NCBI GenBank assembly: GCA_937914785.1
Contig: CALGIV010000079.1
Location: 1 to 41,156 of the forward strand
From: an uncultured Eubacteriaceae bacterium
Lineage (GTDB): Bacteria; Bacillota; Clostridia; Eubacteriales; UBA1433
Reading direction: 5' to 3'
Length of the DNA: 41,156 nucleotides
Shown: positions 1 to 8,819 of the stretch, piece after piece
Position numbering within the stretch: the first letter of the stretch is position 1
Layout: every line of letters starts with the position of its first letter
Translations under genes and position numbers: made by a program
The notes under the pieces: generated by a model
Databases searched by the model: none
Told to the model about the DNA's origin: nothing
The model's input: the letters and a program-made list of their open reading frames with translations, nothing else

Positions 1-892
1 TTATAACTTCACCCACATCGGCATAACCTTCGTCTGGATTATCATCTATATTTTTAGCCGCAAGTTCATTTTTCGACCGGTTTGTCAATGCCGGACCGAC
101 GATTGCCGGAATACGCTCACGATATAAAATCTCGATAATCTGATCGCCCTCGGTGCAGTGATCCAATGTGATGTCGATATCGAATTCCTTCGCGATGCGA
201 ATCGCCGTTAAAATATCATCCGCCCTGTGCGCATGCACTTTAAGCGGAATTTCTTTATTGATTACGGGCTGAAGCGCCTCCATCTTCATTTTCGTCGCCG
301 TCGAAAGGTTTGTCTTTGTACGCAGCTTTGAATAGCCTTTGGCTTCTATGAGCGTTTCTCGCAGCAGTGCGGCGATGGCCATTCTCGTAGCCGGCGCCTT
401 ATTTTGCTTCTTATACACGCGTTTCGGATTTTCGCCCAGTGCCGCCTTGATAGCCACAGGATTTTTAACCACCATATCATCCACACACCTGCCGTGCGTT
501 TTTAACAAGACAAACGATCCGCCCAGCACATTCGCGCTTCCGGGTCCGCTGGCAACCATCGTCACCCCGCCGGCCAATGCATCGGCAAAGGCTATATCCA
601 TCGGGTTAATCGCATCAATTGCGCGCAAGTGCGGCGTAATCGGCTCTGTGCTCTCATTCAAATCATCTCCTGCCTGCCCGATGGCTTCCTCTTCCATACC
701 GAGGTGGGTATGCGCATCGATAAGCCCCGGGAGCAGATAGCCGCCGCCAAGATCCACTTGCTGCGTACCGTCCGGCGCCAGAATGTCTTTTCCGATCGCT
801 TTTACCTTCCCTTTTACAACAAAAACCTTACCGTCTTTGATGATCTCTCCCGTCGACGTAAAAACATTACAGTTGCGAAATAACTTGACCAT
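1..892 (-). CDS. Amidohydrolase-superfamily metallo-hydrolase (N-terminal part; C-terminus lies beyond window start)
   Basis: Absent from the ORF track because it runs off the window. Reverse-strand ATG at 892-890 is preceded by GAGGG. Hand translation MVKLFRNCNVF...GGGYLLPGLIDAHTHLGMEEE...LKVHAHRADDILTAIRIAKEF stays open to base 1. D-A-H-T-H is the HxH metal-ligand signature of the amidohydrolase fold. Confidence 0.8.
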   Translation of the reverse strand, partial: MVKLFRNCNVFTSTGEIIKDGKVFVVKGKVKAIGKDILAPDGTQQVDLGGGYLLPGLIDAHTHLGMEEEAIGQAGDDLNESTEPITPHLRAIDAINPMDIAFADALAGGVTMVASGPGSANVLGGSFVLLKTHGRCVDDMVVKNPVAIKAALGENPKRVYKKQNKAPATRMAIAALLRETLIEAKGYSKLRTKTNLSTATKMKMEALQPVINKEIPLKVHAHRADDILTAIRIAKEFDIDITLDHCTEGDQIIEILYRERIPAIVGPALTNRSKNELAAKNIDDNPDEGYADVGEVI

Positions 893-1056
893 ACTGCCCT
901 CAAATCACATTTCATAGATTTTTATGACTTATAATGCGCACTTATTATAAATTTATAAAATTATATCATACCAAAACACATAAATCAATATTTCAGTCAT
1001 TCAGTAATTTCCAAGGCTTAAGTTCATCAAATCCGAGAGAATAAAAAATATTTGAT

Positions 1057-1074
1057 TTGTTAAAATAATAACAA
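1057..1074. promoter_or_regulatory. Candidate Rex (redox-sensing repressor) operator in the amidohydrolase/nfnA divergent intergenic region
   Basis: TTGTTAAAATAATAACAA has perfect 6-bp inverted arms TTGTTA/TAACAA. It has one mismatch to the clostridial Rex consensus TTGTTAANNNNTTAACAA and lies about 145 nt upstream of the nfnA ATG. Confidence 0.4.
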
Positions 1075-1217
1075 GTCAAAACGTACCCATTGAGATACTT
1101 GTATTTCCATAATTTTTATGCTATTGTAAAAGTGATTGTTATTATTGTTTGATCATTTATTGATGATCACTGCCTAGCTTAATACTACATAACAATTAAC
1201 AAAGGAGTGATACAGCT

Positions 1218-2066
1218 ATGTACAAAATCACGTTTAAAAAGCGGCTGAACGAGCAGGTTGTCCAAATGGAGATCCTGGCACCGTTGGTCGCAAAAAAGGC
1301 GCAGCCGGGGCAGTTCATTATTCTTCGCGTAAACGAAGAAGGCGAGCGCATCCCGTTGACGATCGCCGGCTATGACAGAGAAAAGGGAACCGTACAGGTT
1401 ATTTTTCAAATCGTTGGAAAAACAACGTTATCGTTGTCACAAAAAGAGGAAGGCGAATTTATCAGCGATTTTGCCGGCCCGCTTGGTAAACCTTCGGAAA
1501 TCGAAGGGGTTCAAAAAGCCATTGTCGTCGGCGGTGGCCTGGGTACGGCGATTGCCTACCCTTATGCGAAAGCGCTGCATGATAACGGCGCTGAAGTCGA
1601 TATGATTGCCGGCTTTAAAACAAAAGACCTCGTCATTTTAGAAGATGAGATGAAGCGTGCCTGTACACGGCTGCATATTATGACGGATGACGGCAGTTAT
1701 GGCGGCAGCGGTATGGTTACCGTACGTTTAAAAGAATTGCTGGAAGAAGATAAAGAAAAGAACTCTTACGACCTTGTCGTTGCGATCGGCCCGCTGATTA
1801 TGATGAAGTTCTGTGCGCTGACGACAAAAGAATACGGCGTGAAAACTGTCGTGAGCCTGAACCCGATTATGATCGACGGTACCGGCATGTGCGGCGGTTG
1901 CCGCGTAACGGTCGGCGGCGAGACAAAGTTTGCCTGTGTCGACGGTCCGGAATTCGACGCGCACCAGGTCGATTTCGACGAAGCGATCCGACGAAGCGCA
2001 TTTTATAAAGAACAGGAAACGAAAGCTTATGAAGCACATAAATGCAGACTGGAGGAGATGCGCTAA
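1218..2066 (+). CDS. nfnA: NADH-dependent reduced ferredoxin:NADP+ oxidoreductase subunit A (PyrK/SudB-like FAD/NAD-binding, 2Fe-2S)
   Basis: 282 aa with SD AAAGGAG upstream. Has a PyrK-like ferredoxin-reductase fold (RIPLTIAGYD, VVGGGLG) and a C-terminal Cys cluster GTGMCGGCRV...CVDGP. It overlaps the gltD-like partner gene. Confidence 0.85.
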   Translation: MYKITFKKRLNEQVVQMEILAPLVAKKAQPGQFIILRVNEEGERIPLTIAGYDREKGTVQVIFQIVGKTTLSLSQKEEGEFISDFAGPLGKPSEIEGVQKAIVVGGGLGTAIAYPYAKALHDNGAEVDMIAGFKTKDLVILEDEMKRACTRLHIMTDDGSYGGSGMVTVRLKELLEEDKEKNSYDLVVAIGPLIMMKFCALTTKEYGVKTVVSLNPIMIDGTGMCGGCRVTVGGETKFACVDGPEFDAHQVDFDEAIRRSAFYKEQETKAYEAHKCRLEEMR

Positions 2067-3457
2067 TGGCGAATATGTCTAAGACCAAATTACCGATACC
2101 GGAACAGGACCCGCTGGTTCGCAACAGCAACTTTGACGAAGTCGCCCTCGGCTATACGGAAGAGATGGCCGTCGAAGAAGCTGAGCGCTGCCTGAACTGC
2201 AAGAACAAGCCTTGCGAAGCCGGCTGTCCGGTCAATGTAAAAATTCCGGAGTTCATCACTCTGATTAAAGAAAATGACTTTGAAGGCGCTTATAAGAAGA
2301 TTAAGGAAACCAATTCTCTGCCCGCCGTCTGCGGACGCGTTTGCCCGCAGGAGACGCAATGCGAAGCGCTTTGCGTGCGCACAAAGAACGGTGAAAGCGT
2401 CGGCATCGGCCGGCTCGAGCGCTTTGCAGCAGACTGGTATATGAAAAATGTCGATGAAAAGGCGGAAAAACCGACGCCGAACGGGCATAAGGTCGCCGTC
2501 ATCGGTTCCGGCCCGGCCGGCCTGACTTGTGCGGGCGATTTGGTGCAACTGGGCTACGACGTGACGATTTTCGAAGCATTCCACAAAAGCGGCGGCGTAC
2601 TCGTATATGGCATTCCGGAGTTCCGATTGCCCAAAGCAATCGTGCAGGCGGAAATCGACAAGCTGCTGGAACTCGGCGTCAAACTTGAAACGAACGTGCT
2701 CGGCGGTAAGGTCATTACCGTCGATGAACTGTTTGAACAGGGATACGAAGCAATTTTCCTCGGCACAGGCGCAGGCCTGCCGATGTTTATGAACATTCCC
2801 GGCGAAAACTATAATGGTGTCTATTCAGCCAATGAGTTTTTAACGCGCATCAATTTGATGAAAGCGTACCGCGGCGACTACGATACGCCGATCGGCGTTT
2901 TCAAAAATGTCGCCGTCGTCGGCGGCGGCAATGTCGCGATGGACTCTGCCCGCTGCGCGAAGCGCCTCGGCGCGGAAAACGTCTATATCGTCTACCGTCG
3001 AAGCGAAGTTGAGATGCCGGCAAGGCTTGAAGAAGTACATCACGCCAAAGAAGAGGGTATCATCTTTAAAATCCTGTGTAATCCTGTTGAAATCCTGGCC
3101 GATGACCGTGGCTATGTCGATGGTATCCGCTGTATTGAAATGGAATTGGGTGAGCCGGATGACTCCGGCAGAAGGCGCCCTGTCCCAAAGGAAGGCAGCG
3201 AGTTTGAGCTCGAGGTCGATTGTGTCGTGATGGCGATCGGTACATCGCCAAATCCGATTATGAAAGACAACACACCGGGTCTTGAAGTCAATCGCAGGGG
3301 TTGTATCGTTGCAGATGAGAGCACCGGCCAGACGTCACTTGAGGGCGTGTATGCAGGTGGAGATGCCGTGACCGGCGCCGCGACTGTCATCCTGGCAATG
3401 GGCGCAGGCAAAGATGCCGCAAAAGCAATGGATGAATATATTCGGTCTAAAAAATAA
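2066..3457 (+). CDS. nfnB: NfnB / glutamate synthase small-chain-like NADPH oxidoreductase (2x[4Fe-4S], FAD)
   Basis: Motifs CLNCKNKPCEAGCPV, CGRVCPQETQCEALC, GSGPAGL and VVGGGNVAMD. The track ORF starts at 2042, but the ATG at 2066 lies 8 nt after GGAGGAG (2051-2057), so I prefer 2066. Confidence 0.85.
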   Translation: MANMSKTKLPIPEQDPLVRNSNFDEVALGYTEEMAVEEAERCLNCKNKPCEAGCPVNVKIPEFITLIKENDFEGAYKKIKETNSLPAVCGRVCPQETQCEALCVRTKNGESVGIGRLERFAADWYMKNVDEKAEKPTPNGHKVAVIGSGPAGLTCAGDLVQLGYDVTIFEAFHKSGGVLVYGIPEFRLPKAIVQAEIDKLLELGVKLETNVLGGKVITVDELFEQGYEAIFLGTGAGLPMFMNIPGENYNGVYSANEFLTRINLMKAYRGDYDTPIGVFKNVAVVGGGNVAMDSARCAKRLGAENVYIVYRRSEVEMPARLEEVHHAKEEGIIFKILCNPVEILADDRGYVDGIRCIEMELGEPDDSGRRRPVPKEGSEFELEVDCVVMAIGTSPNPIMKDNTPGLEVNRRGCIVADESTGQTSLEGVYAGGDAVTGAATVILAMGAGKDAAKAMDEYIRSKK

Positions 3458-3937
3458 ATAACTGTAAATAAAGAGTTGTTATAAAGGCGATAAAACCTGC
3501 CTGTAAATAATGGCTCTTTTTTTATTGTCCAGATGTTCAGGCGCCCTGTTGTTTCATCGTTTGACTTTATGCTTTTTGCTGCAAAAAAGCACAAAAAATT
3601 CGGTGAATAAGCAATGAAAGAAAGACAGGTTTTGGATTGATAACAGGAGAGTTATCACAATGATATTGGAGTTTTGTATTTAAAACCAATCTACTATGCC
3701 AGAGATAGATAGATCATCGTTTCTTTTTCTATGCTTTGTGTTTCCAATTCTCTTGCGCCTTTCCTGCAGGTGAAAAGTACGAAGAAAACAGAGAATAAAC
3801 AGTACAGAAAAACCGAACATTAAACTGACAACATAACACCTACCATAATGACCTCCCAACCAACTACTTTCAAATACTCAGCAATAACATCTAAACTTGA
3901 TTACATAAGGAGATGACTCCAAAAGATATAGCGTTAC

Positions 3938-3971
3938 AAAATAAAAAAGACCTTCTTTTCAGAAAGTCTTT
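3938..3971 (-). terminator. Rho-independent terminator ending the rplM-rpsI unit
   Basis: Minus-strand RNA is AAGACUUUCU-GAAA-AGAAGGUCUU (10-bp stem with one G.U) followed by UUUUUAUUUU. It lies 17 nt after the rpsI stop. Confidence 0.85.
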
Positions 3972-3987
3972 TAAGCAATCTTGTTGA

Positions 3988-4374
3988 TTAACGTTTGGAG
4001 AACTGCGGTGCTCTTCTGGCTTTTTTAAGCCCATACTTCTTACGCTCGATCATTCTGGAGTCGCGCGTTAAGTAACCGGCTTTCTTTAACTCCGCCTTCA
4101 ACGTCTCGTCCGCCAACACCAGCGCACGCGAAATGCCATGACGAATCGCACCGGCCTGACCGGTAAATCCGCCGCCTTTTACGCTAACGATCACATCAAA
4201 CTTATTTTGCGTATCCGTCAGGCTGAGAGGCTGCCTTGCAACAACTTTCAACGTTTCCATACCAAAGTAGTCGTCGATATCTCTTTTATTGATTCTAAAA
4301 CCACCATTGCCCGGCCGCAGAATTACTTTTGCAACGGATGTCTTTCTGCGGCCTGTAGCCATATATTGTTCCAT
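3988..4374 (-). CDS. rpsI: 30S ribosomal protein S9 (uS9)
   Basis: [13 protein letters not shown]...[19 protein letters not shown] lies 6 nt before the ATG, and the gene follows rplM. Confidence 0.97.
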   Translation of the reverse strand: MEQYMATGRRKTSVAKVILRPGNGGFRINKRDIDDYFGMETLKVVARQPLSLTDTQNKFDVIVSVKGGGFTGQAGAIRHGISRALVLADETLKAELKKAGYLTRDSRMIERKKYGLKKARRAPQFSKR

Positions 4375-4391
4375 ATTCTACCTCTCCTTTC

Positions 4392-4835
4392 TTAAGCCTT
4401 TATTTCCAGTTTTTCAGGCTTCTGCGCCTGATGTGGGTGCTCGCTGCCGGCATATACTTTCAACTTGCGATACATCTGCCTGCCGAGCGTATTCTTCGGC
4501 AACATCCCGCGAACTGCTTTTTCTACAACGAAAGCGGGCTTTTTCTCCATCAGGTGACGATACTTCGTCGCCTTCAATCCACCCGGATACCCGGAATGTC
4601 TGTAATAAATCTTTTGATCCAGCTTTTTGCCGGTCAACACTACTTTATCTGCATTTATGATGATTACAAAATCGCCGGTATCGACATGAGGCGTGTAGCA
4701 GGGCTTATGCTTTCCACGCAGGATGGTTGCGACCTGCGTAGCCATACGGCCAAGCGTCAGGCCTTCCGCGTCTACCACGTACCATTTTCTTTCGATCTCA
4801 GCCGGTTTTGCAACTGCTGTCGATTTCGTCAACAT
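4392..4835 (-). CDS. rplM: 50S ribosomal protein L13 (uL13)
   Basis: [29 protein letters not shown]. The track ORF extends to 4883, but the ATG at 4835 (MLTKST...) is preceded by GGAGGA at 8 nt. Confidence 0.95.
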   Translation of the reverse strand: MLTKSTAVAKPAEIERKWYVVDAEGLTLGRMATQVATILRGKHKPCYTPHVDTGDFVIIINADKVVLTGKKLDQKIYYRHSGYPGGLKATKYRHLMEKKPAFVVEKAVRGMLPKNTLGRQMYRKLKVYAGSEHPHQAQKPEKLEIKA

Positions 4836-4932
4836 GGATCTTATCCTCCGAAATAATTGGTATTTATGACATTCCCGGGGCATTGGGAATATATAATGCT
4901 AAATGTTATTTTATAATTTTAAACTTATGTTG

Positions 4933-5694
4933 TCAATCTTTTTCTTTTAAAATTGCGTCATCGTAGACGACTTCTTTCAAATACAGCCCTTGTGGCGGCA
5001 ACGTCGCACCGGCTAAGGTTCTGTCTTTGCGCGCAATAATGCTTTTCACCACTTCGGGCTCAATCTTTCCATTACCGACATAAAGAAGCGTACCGGCAAT
5101 AATGCGCACCATATTGTATAAAAAGCCGTTGCCGCACACCGTAATCTCAATCAAGTCCTCTTTTTTTTCGACCTGAAGCGTATACAGCTGCCGCACCGTC
5201 GTCTTGCTCTGTGAGCCCGTGGCCATAAAAGCCACAAAATCATGCTCACCGATAAAATGTCTGGCCGCGCGGCGCATTTTCTCGATATCCAACAACATCG
5301 GATAAAAATAGACGTATTTTCGCTGCAGCGCCGATGGCAACGGCCTGTTAAGAATCTTGTAAACATACGTCTTCTCTCTGGCAGAAAAACGACTTGAAAA
5401 TGTCTCTGCGCGCTCATATGCCGCCGTTACGACAATATCCTCAGGTAATACCGAGTTCAGCGCGTACGGCATTCTGCGCGTCGGAATCGTACATTGAGTA
5501 AAGAAGTTTGCACTCTGTGCACAGGCGTGCACACCCGCATCCGTCCGCCCGGCCGCCGTCAGCCTGATCGCTTCGCCCGTCAGGCGAAAGAGCGCTTCTT
5601 CAAGACACTGCTGCACAGTAGTGCCGTTCTGCTGCCGCTGCCACCCACAGTAAGCACTGCCGTCATATTCTACAATGATCTGAACATTCCGCAC
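4933..5694 (-). CDS. truA: tRNA pseudouridine(38-40) synthase TruA
   Basis: VEYDGSAYCGWQRQ...AGRTDAGVHA (catalytic Asp motif)...GNGFLYNMVRIIAG. GTG start with GAGGA 7 nt upstream. Canonical position between ecfT and rplM. Confidence 0.93.
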   Translation of the reverse strand: MRNVQIIVEYDGSAYCGWQRQQNGTTVQQCLEEALFRLTGEAIRLTAAGRTDAGVHACAQSANFFTQCTIPTRRMPYALNSVLPEDIVVTAAYERAETFSSRFSAREKTYVYKILNRPLPSALQRKYVYFYPMLLDIEKMRRAARHFIGEHDFVAFMATGSQSKTTVRQLYTLQVEKKEDLIEITVCGNGFLYNMVRIIAGTLLYVGNGKIEPEVVKSIIARKDRTLAGATLPPQGLYLKEVVYDDAILKEKD

Positions 5695-5704
5695 ATCTGC
5701 ATCC

Positions 5705-6709
5705 TCACCGTATCGGAATTTTTAACAGCGGTAAAAAACGGCTGGCAATAATTAAGACTGCCATCGCCAACGTCAGTAAATACGCCTTTTTATCCGCCGG
5801 CGAATAGTGCAATTCCTTTAAGCGCGTGCGGTTATTCCCACCGCGATAACATCGCGCATCCATCGCCATCGCCAACTCATCCGCTCGTTTAAACGAACTG
5901 ATAAACAACGGAACGAGAATCGGCACAACATTCCTGGCCTTTTCAAAAATACCGCCCGTTTCAAAATCCGCTCCACGTGCCTTTTGTGCTTTCATAATTT
6001 TATCGGCTTCTTCCATCAGCGTCGGGATAAAGCGCAGCGCGATCGTCATCATCATCGACAACTCGTGTGCATAACCGCGCAAGCCCGGCACGCGCCGCAT
6101 ACAATATTCCATTCCGTCGGTTAAAGCGATCGGCGTCGTCGTCAATGTCATAATAGACGCACCGATAATCAGCATCAACAAGCGCAGCGCCATAAACAGC
6201 GCGTTGATCAACCCTGCATCCGTGAGGTTCAGCGGCCCAAATGTAAACAGCTTCTTACCCGGCAGGCAAAAAAGCACTGCGCAGGCAAGAACGAACATAA
6301 AAAAGACCCATCTGCCGCTCTTAAAAGGCTTTTTCTTTTTAATCAGGCCGATCAAGTAGACTGCCGCAACGAAAAAGGCCACCGCGACAATTAAACTTAA
6401 AACGGATGCCGTCCAAGGCCCTATAACGAGCAACGTGTTGCCCGGCGTTACAAAAACATTTAAAATAACCGTGATCGCAACGATAATCATAATCGTCCGC
6501 AGGCTTCTTAAGACTGCGCGCAGCGGAATCTTCGACAGCGCGATTACCGCCGCTAAAAAGGCGGCTGCCACCGCATAACCGACGATGTTATTGGCGAAAA
6601 ACAGGATGATAATATAGCCGAACGTATAGATGATTTTCGTACGCGGATCCAGTCGGTGAATGACGGAATCGACAGGATAATATTGCCCGATCGTCACATC
6701 TTTAAACAT
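5705..6709 (-). CDS. ecfT: ECF transporter transmembrane (T) component, with an internal insertion
   Basis: MFKDVTIGQYYPVDSVIHRLDPRTK..., coupling-helix region ALRFIPTL...KIMKAQKARGAD. The ATG at 6709 lies 5 nt after GGAGGGG; the track's upstream extension to 6787 has no SD. It overlaps the ecfA2 stop by 8 nt. Confidence 0.9.
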   Translation of the reverse strand: MFKDVTIGQYYPVDSVIHRLDPRTKIIYTFGYIIILFFANNIVGYAVAAAFLAAVIALSKIPLRAVLRSLRTIMIIVAITVILNVFVTPGNTLLVIGPWTASVLSLIVAVAFFVAAVYLIGLIKKKKPFKSGRWVFFMFVLACAVLFCLPGKKLFTFGPLNLTDAGLINALFMALRLLMLIIGASIMTLTTTPIALTDGMEYCMRRVPGLRGYAHELSMMMTIALRFIPTLMEEADKIMKAQKARGADFETGGIFEKARNVVPILVPLFISSFKRADELAMAMDARCYRGGNNRTRLKELHYSPADKKAYLLTLAMAVLIIASRFLPLLKIPIR

Positions 6710-7568
6710 CGCGACCCCTCCTTTGGAGGACCTTTTCGACTTCTTCAACTGCCTTTTCCACACTGAAAATATCAGTGTCAACATCAAAGCCTTTTTCCTT
6801 CAGCGCCTGCATCAAATAAGTAATTTCCGGCGCGCGCAGGCCAATTTCGTGCAGCCTTTCCGTCTGGGCAAAGATTCTCTGCGGCACATCATCCATCACC
6901 TTTTGCGCATTGCACATCACGATGATACGGTCTGCCATCGCCGCCACATCTTCCATATTATGAGAGACGAGCACGACGGACATCTCTCCATCTCTATGCA
7001 TCTGCTTAATGCCGCGCAGAATCGCACTGCGTCCCATCGGATCCAACCCCGAAGTCGGCTCGTCCAACACGAGCACTTCCGGCTTCATCGCCAACACGCC
7101 GGCGATCGCCACGCGACGCATCTGCCCACCGGAAATATCAAAGGGTGAGCGGTCTTTATACTTTTCAAAATCGAGCTCTGTCAGCGCCATCGCATAGCGT
7201 ACCCGCGCGTCGATTTCCTCTTCATCAAGCCCCATGTTCTTTGGGCCGTACGCGATATCTTTGTAAATCGTCTCTTCAAACAACTGATGCTCCGCATATT
7301 GAAACACCAAGCCGACACGCTGGCGAATATGCACCATTCTTACGTCTTTATCTGCGATATCGACACCGTCGATCAATACCGTACCACTGGTCGGCAGCAG
7401 CAGGCCGTTTAAATGCTGAATCAAGGTCGATTTGCCACTACCTGTGTGACCAATAATACCGATAAACTCATTCTTCCCGATGGATAAATGAATATCTTTT
7501 AATGCCGTAAATTCGAAGGGCGATCCTTCAGCATAAATGTGGCTGACGTTTACTAATTGTACTGACAT
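6702..7568 (-). CDS. ecfA2: ECF transporter ATPase component A2
   Basis: Walker A GHTGSGKST, signature SGGQMRRVAIAG, Walker B VLVLDEPTSGLD. Preferred start MSVQLVNV at 7568; the track start is 7607. Confidence 0.92.
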   Translation of the reverse strand: MSVQLVNVSHIYAEGSPFEFTALKDIHLSIGKNEFIGIIGHTGSGKSTLIQHLNGLLLPTSGTVLIDGVDIADKDVRMVHIRQRVGLVFQYAEHQLFEETIYKDIAYGPKNMGLDEEEIDARVRYAMALTELDFEKYKDRSPFDISGGQMRRVAIAGVLAMKPEVLVLDEPTSGLDPMGRSAILRGIKQMHRDGEMSVVLVSHNMEDVAAMADRIIVMCNAQKVMDDVPQRIFAQTERLHEIGLRAPEITYLMQALKEKGFDVDTDIFSVEKAVEEVEKVLQRRGRDV

Positions 7569-8392
7569 ATCGCCTCCACCATCTCTTCCGTCGTAAGGAT
7601 ATCGCACGGCATTTGAAAGCCTTGTTTATTCAATAAATAAGATAATTCCGTCACTTTCGGCACGTCCAGGCGCAGCTCACGCATCTTTTCTACCTGGCAA
7701 AATATCTCCCGCGGCTTGCCTTCCATCGCAATCTGCCCCTTCTGAAGAACGATGACCCGGTCGGCATCGACGATTTCATCCATAAAATGCGTAATATAAA
7801 CAACCGTCGTCTTATTCTGACGGTTCAATTGTTTAACACAGGATAGCACTTCATCGCGCCCGATCGGATCCAGCATCGCCGTCGCTTCATCAAAAATAAT
7901 GCATTTCGGCTGCATGGCGAGAATGCCTGCAATCGCGATGCGTTGTTTTTGCCCACCGGAAAGCTGGTGCGGCTTGCGGTCTTTATAATCCCCCATACGC
8001 ACGATATCAAGCGCCTTATCGATGCGCATACGAATTTCATCCGGCGCAACGCCTAAATTCTCCGGTCCGAACGCCACATCTTCCTCGACGACGGTCGCCA
8101 CAATCTGATTATCCGGATTCTGAAACACGATACCGGCACTCTGGCGAATATCCCAGATTTTCTCCTCATCTTTCGTATTCATACCGTATACGAAAATATC
8201 GCCGCTGGTCGGTTTCATAATACCGTTCATCATTTTCGCCAGCGTACTCTTTCCTGAACCATTATGCCCAATAATTGCTAAAAACTCCCCTTCGTAAACA
8301 TCAAAGGAAGTTTTATATATCGCCGTTAAGCGCTCTTCTTCATTTGTCACATATTCGTATACGATATCGCATACTTCAATTGCCTTTTGCAT
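7553..8392 (-). CDS. ecfA1: ECF transporter ATPase component A1
   Basis: GHNGSGKST, LSGGQKQRIAIAG, IIFDEATAMLD. Preferred start MQKAIEV at 8392, 7 nt after AGGAG; the track start is 8446. Confidence 0.92.
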   Translation of the reverse strand: MQKAIEVCDIVYEYVTNEEERLTAIYKTSFDVYEGEFLAIIGHNGSGKSTLAKMMNGIMKPTSGDIFVYGMNTKDEEKIWDIRQSAGIVFQNPDNQIVATVVEEDVAFGPENLGVAPDEIRMRIDKALDIVRMGDYKDRKPHQLSGGQKQRIAIAGILAMQPKCIIFDEATAMLDPIGRDEVLSCVKQLNRQNKTTVVYITHFMDEIVDADRVIVLQKGQIAMEGKPREIFCQVEKMRELRLDVPKVTELSYLLNKQGFQMPCDILTTEEMVEAICQYN

Positions 8393-8426
8393 TGCTGTAC
8401 TCCTGAATGAAGAAAAGAGGGAGTGC

Positions 8427-8804
8427 CTACTCCCTTTCTTTTCCAAACTCTATCTTGTCTTTTTCCGTAAGCCTTAAAATAGCCATTTCGGCGCCGTCTC
8501 CCGGCCTCGGGCCAAGCTTGAAAATCTGCACATAACCGCCTTGACGGTCTTTGTATACAGGCGCAATATCGTTAAACAAACTGATTACAACCGATCTGTC
8601 CGTAATATAGCCAAGCGCCTGTCGCTTTGTATGCAGCGTATTTTTCTTGCCGAGTGTAATCATTTTTTCTGTGATTCTGCCCGTTTCCTTCGCGCGGTCC
8701 AGCGTCGTCTTGATCTCCCCATATCTGAGGACATCCGTTACCTGGCCTCTCAGCATCGCTCTGCGCTGATTGGAAGGGCGCCCTAACTTCTTATATCCTG
8801 CCAC
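8427..8804 (-). CDS. rplQ: 50S ribosomal protein L17 (bL17)
   Basis: (M)AGYKKLGRPSNQRRAMLRG. GTG start 6 nt after GGAGGG. Last gene of the alpha operon. Confidence 0.96.
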   Translation of the reverse strand: MAGYKKLGRPSNQRRAMLRGQVTDVLRYGEIKTTLDRAKETGRITEKMITLGKKNTLHTKRQALGYITDRSVVISLFNDIAPVYKDRQGGYVQIFKLGPRPGDGAEMAILRLTEKDKIEFGKERE

Positions 8805-8819
8805 TATGATCCCTCCTGT

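Noticed and set aside
3563-3590. Hairpin GCTTTTT-GCTGCA-AAAAAGC considered as the nfnB terminator.
   Set aside because: The stem is almost entirely A/T and has no U-tract in either orientation. I could not identify a convincing intrinsic terminator for nfnB.
4836-4883. N-terminal extensions in ORF-track models. This one is rplM; the same applies to ecfA1, ecfA2, ecfT, rplC, rplW, pyc, spoVT, nfnB and the response regulator.
   Set aside because: In each case an internal start codon has a properly spaced SD and yields the canonical family N-terminus, while the upstream extension has neither.
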